Positions 54,736-64,000 of a stretch of 64,000 nucleotides of DNA are shown here, one piece after another. The stretch is taken from assembly GCA_951406725.2 (NCBI GenBank), contig OX597839.1, positions 17,794,001 to 17,858,000 of the forward strand, given 5' to 3'. Every line of letters begins with the position of its first letter. Positions within the stretch are counted from its first letter, which is position 1. A program made the position numbers and the translations under genes. The DNA comes from Octopus vulgaris (lineage: Eukaryota). Under the pieces are notes generated by a model, which searched no databases, was not told the DNA's origin, and saw only the letters and a program-made list of their open reading frames with translations.

Positions 54736-55070
54736 TCTCTCTATATACAAACGGCAAAATGTCAGTGTGTGTGTCCTTTATACAAATCCGCAATTTTTCA
54801 GTTAGAGGGCTCACACTTTCTATGGTCATTCAAAACCGTCCAAGGGTGGTCGTGCACATCTTTACATTCCCCATTGAAAAATCAATAGAAGTGAATTTTC
54901 TATCCAAAACCCAATCAAAATGCCCGAAACTTGATACGCCAATTGAATGCCAGCTAGCTGTATGTGATTGGTCAGAAATTTGGACAGTACTCGCGTGTAT
55001 GTGTGCATGCACGCAGCTGTATATGCATGCACTAGCACTATGACCTGGCAACGCCGGGTCATGGTGCTAG
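54736..55070 (+). mobile_element. Non-autonomous Helitron, family B copy 2 (palindromic 3' end, loop AAC)
   Basis: A|TCTCTCTATATACAAACGGCAAAA ... ACTAGCACTATGACCTGGCAACGCCGGGTCATGGTGCTAG|T. Confidence 0.85.
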
Positions 55071-55946
55071 TGAATAATATTCTACTTGTTATATGTTCAA
55101 ACACATCAGACACCTACCCTACAATGTCATTCTAAAAACAAATTATTATATCATTGAAATCTCAAAGCTACAAAATAATGTATGATTAATTAAAAACAAT
55201 GTGAATAAATAAGTATTGCATTTGACAGAGTAATCTATGAATGCTTTAGGGGTAAACACCCATTACTTTTTGTGTATTTAGTATGCCAATACATCTCGGG
55301 GGTATTTTCCTCTCAGCCTTGTTGCTTATCTTCATAATCCACATTCAAGTCTTTCCCATCTATTTCCTTTTACATTAATTAATCACTTTTCCATGTTGTC
55401 AAACTGATGAGATCCAACAAGTTTGAAACACAGATGTTGTTTTCACCAGTTCAGTTTTTAAGAGCAAGATTCATAACTGGTTGTAATATCTTTATTTTCT
55501 CAAAAAGCATGTGGAATAGTAATATTATCAGAGTAAGGTGGCAAGCTAGTGGAATTGTTAGTATGCCATTCCAAGTATTTACATCCAAGTTCAAATTCCA
55601 CTGAATTCAACTTTGCATTTCATCCTTTGGGGGTTGATTTAATCAACTTAACCTCTCTCCCGAAATAGCTGGCCTTGTGCCAGAATTTGAAACCAGTATT
55701 ATCAGAGTGATCTCGATTTTTTAAAATTTTCTTTAAATTTTAAACGAGTCTAGAGAGAGTATTTATCTTCTAATTGCAATCATAATCTCAACTGGTCAAA
55801 TTTTAAAACTCACCCTATTACAGATGTGAGAACCTTACATACATGTATTTAGCATGCAGAACTCTCCTATAGCCTTTTTCTCTCATACTTTACCTCTCTC
55901 TACTCCTAATTCTCCTAACATGAAGTTGCTATACACGTGCACACGC

Positions 55947-56006
<60 letters not shown>

Positions 56007-56604
56007 ACAACAGAATGAGCAAATTTGGATTAGATGTTTCTACCATTTTCAGTCTTCATTTTGCTGCATCACTCATCCTTCCTCTTTCAGTTTCTGCCTA
56101 CGAAATTCACTCACAAGGCTTTGGTCAGCCCAGGGCTACAGCAGGAACTGAACCCAAAACCATGTGGTTAGGAAGAAAACTTCTTACCACACAGGAATAC
56201 TTACACCTATAACTATCATAACACCAGGCATCAGTAAATCATGACAGTACACTCTTCTCCACTTTGTTACCTTACAAAATTGCTATTGCATTTTCTCGGA
56301 GGCCTGTATAGGATTGACTGAAATCAGATCAGAAGTGGATTAAATGCTTTTTGATATTTAGTTACATCCCTTTATTTTGTGAGTTCAAATCTTGCTTGGG
56401 TCAGATTTGACTTTCATGCTTACAAAATAAAGAACCAATCAAAAACTGGGCTTTATAGCCACAACAGTTCCCTTCTCCTTCCCCTTCCCTCAAAGTTGTG
56501 GCCCTGTCCTTCGGTTATGATTCAATTTAATTATATATACATGCAGTATGTATACTGTTACATATATATATGTGTGTCTATGTGTGCATGTGTACACTTA
56601 TGTA

Positions 56605-56665
<61 letters not shown>

Positions 56666-56759
56666 GGATGTATGTATGTGTATATATGAATGTGTATGTA
56701 TATATAATATGAAATATTTATATGTGTATGTGTCTATATATAAAGACACACACACATGC

Positions 56760-56799
<40 letters not shown>

Positions 56800-56986
56800 G
56801 ATGTATGTATGTGTATATGTGTATATATGTATGTGCATGTGCATGTATATATATATATATATGATATCAATTATTTATATGTGTGTCTATATATAAAGAC
56901 ACACACACATGCATGTTATATATTTATTTATATATATACACACACATATCTATATATCTATATATATATTTATTTCTCTTCTGCAG

Positions 56987-57097
56987 GTCAACAGAATAAT
57001 ACATCAGAATTTATTCAAAACTTTGATAATTTGAAAGAAAATGTGCGACTAGCAAGTAGCTGTGATTGGCAGAATATTGATGTTTCTCATTTCCAAG
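56987..57097 (+). CDS. Candidate internal coding exon of an unidentified gene, 111 nt, phase 1/1: (G)QQNNTSEFIQNFDNLKENVRLASSCDWQNIDVSHFQ(G)
   Basis: Acceptor TATTTCTCTTCTGCAG|G, donor CAAG|GTATTT, length divisible by 3, only one frame open, complex sequence island between microsatellites. Protein not recognised. Confidence 0.55.
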
Positions 57098-57134
57098 GTA
57101 TTTCAATCTACTTATCTTGTATTTTCATTATATG

Positions 57135-57188
<54 letters not shown>

Positions 57189-57492
57189 CATATATGCATA
57201 CATACATGTACATGTGTGTGTGCACTTATATTTCTATAACAGCTCATATATATATGTGCTTGTATGTACAAGCATATATAGATGTGTGTTCATATACATG
57301 TGTGTATGTATATGTAGACACACACATATATGTATATATGTGGTATATACGCATGCACATACATTATATACATAGATATATATATATGTATATGTATATA
57401 ATATATATATGTTATATATACATATAACATATATATATACATAGATATATAAATGTATATGTATATAATATATATATGTTATATATACACAT

Positions 57493-57527
<35 letters not shown>

Positions 57528-58251
57528 GTATATACGTATACATATATATATATATGTTATATATACATATAATATATATATATATATATATGTATACATA
57601 TATATACACACACACACACATAGTTATTAGTCTTTTATGCTTATCTTTCGGTGATTTGTCTTTCAACTGTGCTTCAAAGTTAGTAGAGTTGGTTTTTTTA
57701 TATATTTTTGTCTTATTTTACTTTTCCAGTTTTTGTATCATCAGTCACTCATTTTTTTCCCTCTTCTTCACCTTTTCACCTTCAAATTTGTCATTTCTCT
57801 GCTGTTTTTTGGCTTTCGTTTTTTTTCGTCTTTTTTGTAATCCTCCACCGCCCCTGAGAAAATTTCTTCCCCAATTCACCCTCATCATTTATTCATTTAT
57901 CTTCTTTTTTTTTAATATATTTTTTGTTTGTGTCTTCAAAGTAAATGTCATAGATTTCACACTGACATGGGCTTTTTTTCTTATATATAGGGGCTTTTTT
58001 TTATTATTATTATTATTTTATCTTCTTCACCCTACTTTACTTTCCTCATGCAAATGGAGAGAGAAACAGAGAGAGAGAGAGAGAGAGAGTAAGAAAGAGG
58101 GAAAAAAAGATTTCTCATGACAAAACCCTTCTAAATCAAATATTGCTTAAAGATATTATTATATTATACAATGTTATTTTTATGATTTTTCCATTTTGTT
58201 TCTATTATTTTTTATAGTTTATATATTTTATTTTTATGTTTATATTTATTA

Positions 58252-58309
<58 letters not shown>

Positions 58310-59020
58310 CAATATTATTATTATTATTTCTTTTGTGTTTTGTTTTTGGATGATGGGTAGGAAGAAATGTGAGGTGGGGCAGGTGGGGTGGATATGGTAG
58401 TTCAGTGGTTTGTGGCACCATTGTTAAAGACACAAAGATTCTACTTAAAATATTCATATTTCAAAACACTGTACTTTGGATACAAATATATAAAATATAT
58501 AACAAAAAAAATGGAAATAAAATAAAGGTGAAAATTTTTTTTTTAAACTGTGATAGAAAATTCCTGATGTATTTTAGATAAAATAAATTAAAATTTTCCT
58601 CGGTCTTTTTATTTTTATTTTTCATTTTTTTTGCAAATATAGTTTTATAATTTTATTTTGTTTTTTCTTTCAAAATCTAATTCCTTCTTACAGTATGTAG
58701 TATTTAATACTTGCATATAACTACACAATCTCTAACGTTTATGTAGACGTCATGTCTTTTACTAAGTATTTAGATAGTATATTTATTTAGATGTTAAGTA
58801 TGGGTACTGACCACAAGGTCATGAGTTCAAACTTTTACTGCTACACACATTTTGGTGAGTGACTAAACAAAATACACGAAACACTGGGTAGTATCTAAAA
58901 TTCTGGAATCCAAGAAACTTTCTGCTTACAATCAGACCAACAACAGCTCTTTTATATTTTTGTATTCAGCCTAAACAAGGCAAAAGTTTTATACATCAGA
59001 CTGGAGGAAGGAACCAGCAT

Positions 59021-59505
59021 CCTTCAAAAGGGCTAAGTGATGCCTTATAAAGGGCTAATGATAAACATCTGAAGGGCTATATACAGCCTTTTGCATTGCA
59101 GGGTGCAGCTTTATGAATTGCTGAATGTGGCCCACAAAAGGTCCAAGTGTAGGCCTCTTAAGAGGCTAAGAGTGCACTCATGAAGGGCTAAGTATGGCAT
59201 AATGAAGGACTGTATGTGATCTTCTGTGGAACTGATAAATATACCATACTGAAGGGCTATGTGTAACCTTATGAAAGGTCAATTGTGCCCTTTTGAAGTC
59301 TAAGTATGACCTTCTGAAGATATAAGTGCAGCCTTATGAAAAGTTAAGTGTGACTTAATAAAGAGTTAAGTGTAACCTTATGAAGGGTTAGATGTAGCTT
59401 TATGAAGGGGTAAGTGTAGCCTTGTGAAGGCCAAAGTATGGCCCTCTGAAGCTCTAAATGTGAAATTCTGAAAAGTTCAGTGTGACCTTACTAAGGGTTA
59501 ACTGT
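59021..59505. repeat. Degenerate 22-bp minisatellite, about 22 units
   Basis: Consensus about CCTTATGAAGGGCTAAGTGTRR, period 21-24 bp. Confidence 0.88.
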
Positions 59506-60820
59506 TACAAAGGGTTCATGAAAACTGCACAATGTTATAATTGAAGATATTTTAGTTAATTTAATTTTATTAAAAGCTTAATATTTTCAACTAATTGCAA
59601 ATTTTAGAAGCAGCTATTTATATTTCTTTATCAATAATTGTAATTACTTTAAACAATGTAATTACAAAATTCTGGGAAATATGTGTTTAATTTTATTTAA
59701 AACTTAGAAATTTTATATTTAAAGTAAATGTGTTTAAATATAGAAATTTGAAGAAATTTTGAAACCAAAGAAAATTAAAAAAAGGAAATGGTTTGATGAT
59801 GCACTTCAAAAACTCCACCTTTTCTGTAATTTTTAAAAAATAATTATATTTTCGAAATAATAATAGGTTTAGTAATATAATTTTTTTAATGCAATCTTGT
59901 CAGATACCAGTTGACTTCAATGCAACTTTCTGACATAAAATGGTCCTTACTGCTACATTTATTTTGTCTCTCCTCATGTCAATGAAACTTATGGATGATA
60001 TTCAATGATCTTTCCTTTATATGAAACACTGGTTTCTCTATCATTTACTTCTGATTTAAAATAATGGTTTCAAATTTTGGCACAAGACCAGTAATTTCAG
60101 GAAAGGGCTAAGTTGAATTACATCGACCCCAGTGACTAATTGTTATTTACTTCATTAGTTTCGATAGGATGAAAGCCAACCTCAGTGAAATTTGAACTTA
60201 GAACATCAAAACAGACAAAATAACCACTAAGCATTTTGTCTGGTGTGCTAACAATTCTGTGAGCTCACTGCCTTATAAAAATGATATTAATTCTTTCTAC
60301 TATAGGCACAAGGCCTGAAATTTTCTGGGAGGGGTATGGTCAATTAGATGAAGCCTAATGCTTAGCCAGTACTTACTTCATTGACATCAGCAGAACTTGA
60401 ACTCAGTAAACACAGATGGTTGAAATGCCACTAAGCATTCTGTCTGGTGTGCAAATGGTTCTGCTGGCTTACTGCCTTATATAATAATAATAATAATCAT
60501 TATTTTTTTTAATGTTGGCACAAGGCCAGTAGTTTGGGTGAAGAAGAGGTAGTCAATTACATTAACCCTAGTACTTAAATCGTATTTTTCTTTATCAATC
60601 CTTGGAAGATGAAAGGCAAAGTTGACATCTTTGGCGTCTGAACTCAGAAGGAATGCTGTTCAGCATTTTGTCAGGCATGATAACATTTCTGCCAGTTCAT
60701 CACCTAAATAATAACAAGAAGAAGAAAAAGAGAGTCTATCCATAACTTTATGGTTGCATAGACAGCATTAAGAAAAGTATTGCTCCAATGTATGAGCTGA
60801 AGTAAGAATTGCTGTGTATG

Positions 60821-61101
60821 AGAAGGGGAAGAGTAACTCAAACCCTATCCTTGATTTGTACTTAGTTTATTGAGCTCAAGAAGGATCAAAAGAAAAGTAA
60901 ATTCTTGCAAGATTTGAACCAAGAAGCACGAATGGTAGTAAGTAAATACTACTGACTCCACCAATTCTGCCAATGGTTGTTATCAATAATAATGATAATG
61001 ACAAACTTATTCAAACAAATCACCCCCAGTACTAAATATTTGTTTTTGAAACCTAGTACTAACTCAATCAGTCTATTTTGCTGAACTGCCAAGTTACAGG
61101 G
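60821..61101 (+). repeat. Left arm of recent inverted duplication (partner 63268-64000; may extend further left)
   Basis: 60821-60982 matches reverse complement of 63839-64000; 60983-61101 matches reverse complement of 63268-63438 apart from an insertion. Confidence 0.95.
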
Positions 61102-61163
61102 ACATAAACATACTAACACCAGTTGTCAAGCAATGATGGGGACAAATAAACACACACACACAT

Positions 61164-61564
61164 ACTCTTTACTCTTTTACTCTTTTACTTGTTTCAGTCA
61201 TTTGACTGCGGCCATGCTGGAGTACCGCCTTTAGTCGAGCAAATCGACCCCGGGACTTATTCTTTGTAAGCCCAGTACTTATTCTATCGGTCTCTTTTGC
61301 TGAACCGCTAAGTTACGGGGACGTAAACACACCAGCATCGGTTGTCAAGCAATGCTAGGGGGACAAACATATACACACACTTATATATATATACATATAT
61401 ACGACAGGCTTCTTTCAGTTTCCGTCTACCAAATCCACTCACAAGGCATTGGTCGGCCCGGGGCTATAGCAGAAGACACTTGCCCAAGATGCCACGCAGT
61501 GGGACTGAACCCAGAACCATGTGGTTGGTTAGCAAGCTACTTACCACACAGCCACTCCTGCGCC
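61164..61564 (-). mobile_element. Young SINE-A, followed by a partial older copy (61568-61710)
   Basis: Same consensus as 39173-39579. Confidence 0.93.
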
Positions 61565-62931
61565 TATGTCAGGCTTCTTTCAGTTTCCGTCTACCAAATC
61601 CACTCACAAGTCTTTGGCCAGCCTGAAGCTATAGTAAAAGATACTTGTCTAAGGTGCCATGCAGTGGGATTGAACCTGGAAGCAAACTTCTTACTACCTG
61701 GCCACACCTACCCTTCTTACCACAACAGTCATACCTGTACCTCTTACTGCACACGCACACATTTTCTGTGAATTATTCATTGATGTTCCACTATTCAAGG
61801 AGTTGGTTCATTATCCACAGACTAGTTAAACTGTGTGTGTTTGTCTGCCATCCCACCATTTGACAACTGCTGTTGGTTTGTTTGTGTCTTGATAAAGAAT
61901 TTAAAGAACTAATTATTATTGAGTACTACCCAAAACTTCTGGATTTCGAACAGCAAACATTTTGACAAGAGATTTCACAATTAGAGTAACAGTGGCAGCT
62001 GCTGCTGCTGTTGTTTTTGTTGTTGCTCTTGTTTTCGTTTTTTAGCCTCTGGTCAACCACGATCAAGTTGAACTGAAATGTAATTTATTTTTCAAAACAA
62101 TCTATTTAGGACTACATTATCCAATATGTCCTTCTGCCTGCTTTTTTTTTTATTCAATTTTGATTTATAGACAGTCAAGTGTGATTTGAGGCAGATTTGT
62201 TTACTCCTTCTAGCAAGTCAAATGACAAAGTAAACACTCTCTTATATGTTTAGAATAGTTTGTATATTAGCTGCCTTTAACTCTTTACCTGTCATGTTTA
62301 TCACATTTGATAGACAGGACATATTTCCTTGGAGTCTTTACATCATATATGATACACATGCACAATTTTTTCCAACCACCAGAACAACCTGAGCCTTATG
62401 AAAGGAAAGTTTTATATTAGTCAAAATATGTTAACTAAAAGGGTTAACTAAAAGTCTGAAACCAAGCATGGACATTTATGACAAGCTTAAGGAAAACACT
62501 TTGAACAGGCAAAAGGTTAAGAAGCATGTTAGCTGAGGAAGCCAAAGAGTAAAAGCAGTTGATTGTGAGTTAACTTTCAAAATAATCTAATAAGATGCCT
62601 AGAAAATGTCACCATTGAAACTCGAGACTGTAGTTTTATCAGCTGTATTAGAGTGACTTCATCACTCAGATGTTTTAGTTTTATCAGCTGTATTTTATGG
62701 GAGTGATTTCATCACTCAGATTTTTCTGTTTTTTGTTGTCATGACAACCAAAGGGTTTTTTTATCTTGTTTCAGTCAGTGAATTGTGGCCATGCAATGGC
62801 ACTACCTTGAAAGATTTAGTCAAACAAATCAACACTAGTACTTATTCTATTGGCCACTTTTATCAAACTGCTAAATTATGGGGACATAAACAAACCAACA
62901 TCAATTGTCAAGCAGTGGTGAGAGACACACT

Positions 62932-62973
<42 letters not shown>

Positions 62974-63267
62974 TGCATATATATGATAGGTTACTTTCAG
63001 TTTTCATCTACCAAATCCACTCACAAAGCTTTGGTCAGCCCAGAGCTACAGCAGAAGATAATTGCCCAAGATGCTATGCAGTGGGACTGAACCCAAGACC
63101 ACTTGATTGGGAAGCAAGCTTCTTACTATACAGCCAGTATTCCTGGGAGGGTGATGAGTGTAGAGTCTCCAGGCGCCTTGTCCATAGTGTCCTCTCAGAA
63201 ACAACCATCATTAAACTTTTTGGCTGGATTCCCAAGTGTGATCATTCCAAAAATAAACCATAACAAA

Positions 63268-64000
63268 CCCTGTGACTTGGCAGTTCAGCAAAATAGACTG
63301 ATTGAGTTAGTACTAGGTTTCAAAAACAAATATTTAGTACTGGGGGTGATTTGTTTGAATAAGTTCTTCAAACAAATTATTATCATTATTATTAACAATT
63401 ATTAATTCTTCAAAAAAAATCGTTATCATTATTATTGACTAGCAGCATAGCCCGGCGTTGCCCGGGTATGTAAGAGCCCCTAGTAGGCAACGACTAATCC
63501 CAATCTAGTTCTTTCCCTCTAGGGAACGAAGGCGCATGTGTAGGTTGCAATGTCTTCTCTTTACTTGAATACTTCTATGTATACGATGTTCCTAGCTGTC
63601 TCCCGACAGAAAATGTGTTGCATATAAAAAGCTTAGATTCTTGACCCCATGTCGAATTTATCAATTTTTTTCAGAACTGGGGGAACTTTTCAAAATTTTT
63701 GCTGCGTTAGTTTTGAATTATGACATTGGGCTATGTGTGTGTCAAGTTTCATCAGAATCGGTTGAAAGCCGTGGTCAGGGTGAGGGTACAACCTGACAGA
63801 CACACAGACAGACAAACTGCCATTTATATATATAGAGATAACAGCCATTAGCAGAATTGGTGGAGTCAGTAGTATTTACTTACTACCATTCGTGCTTCTT
63901 GGTTCAAATCTTGCAAGAATTTACTTTTCTTTTGATCCTTCTTGAGCTCAATAAACTAAGTACAAATCAAGGATAGGGTTTGAGTTACTCTTCCCCTTCT
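63268..64000 (-). repeat. Right arm of inverted duplication, interrupted by a Helitron; runs off the window
   Basis: Reverse complement of 60821-61101. Confidence 0.95.
63439..63838 (-). mobile_element. Non-autonomous Helitron, family C
   Basis: Minus strand A|TCTCTATATATATAAATGGCAG ... CCCGGGCAACGCCGGGCTATGCTGCTAG|T; empty A^T site at 60982/60983 in the paralogous arm. Confidence 0.93.

Noticed and set aside
592-58120. Dozens of ORFs rich in YI/VC/HT/MY or poly-I/N/D/ER
   Set aside because: Translations of (TA)n, (CA)n, (TACA)n, (ATT)n, (GAT)n and (GA)n microsatellites, which lack stops in some frames.
59021-59505. CRISPR-like periodicity (also 47497-47680)
   Set aside because: No invariant repeat with unique spacers, no cas genes, eukaryotic context.
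1-64000. Conserved bilaterian miRNAs, rRNA, snRNA
   Set aside because: None recognised by eye; lineage-specific miRNAs cannot be excluded without small-RNA data.

Overview
AT-rich, repeat-saturated animal DNA. The SINE families and the dense (TA)n/(CA)n/(ATT)n/(GAT)n microsatellites suggest an octopod cephalopod (inference). No complete protein-coding gene is visible, and almost all listed ORFs are microsatellite or SINE translations. The window holds three tRNA-headed SINE families plus an RTE-tailed SINE-like family, non-autonomous Helitrons, piggyBac-type TTAA MITEs, an hAT MITE with an 8-bp TSD, and decayed mariner, RTE, CR1 and Tx1/L1-like fragments. There is one fairly convincing 111-nt phase-1 exon (56987-57097, +) and several weaker small exon candidates in SINE-free islands, so the window may be intronic sequence of one large gene. 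Highlights: (1) a Helitron family whose 3' end is a 41-nt palindrome reaching the CTAG, with the loop inverted between two copies (flip/flop); (2) a SINE subfamily sharing its 3' tail with an apparently ORF1-only Tx1/L1-like element; (3) a young inverted duplication at the window end that preserves the empty site of a Helitron insertion and carries a templated insertion. All alignments were done by eye; family labels A-D are mine.
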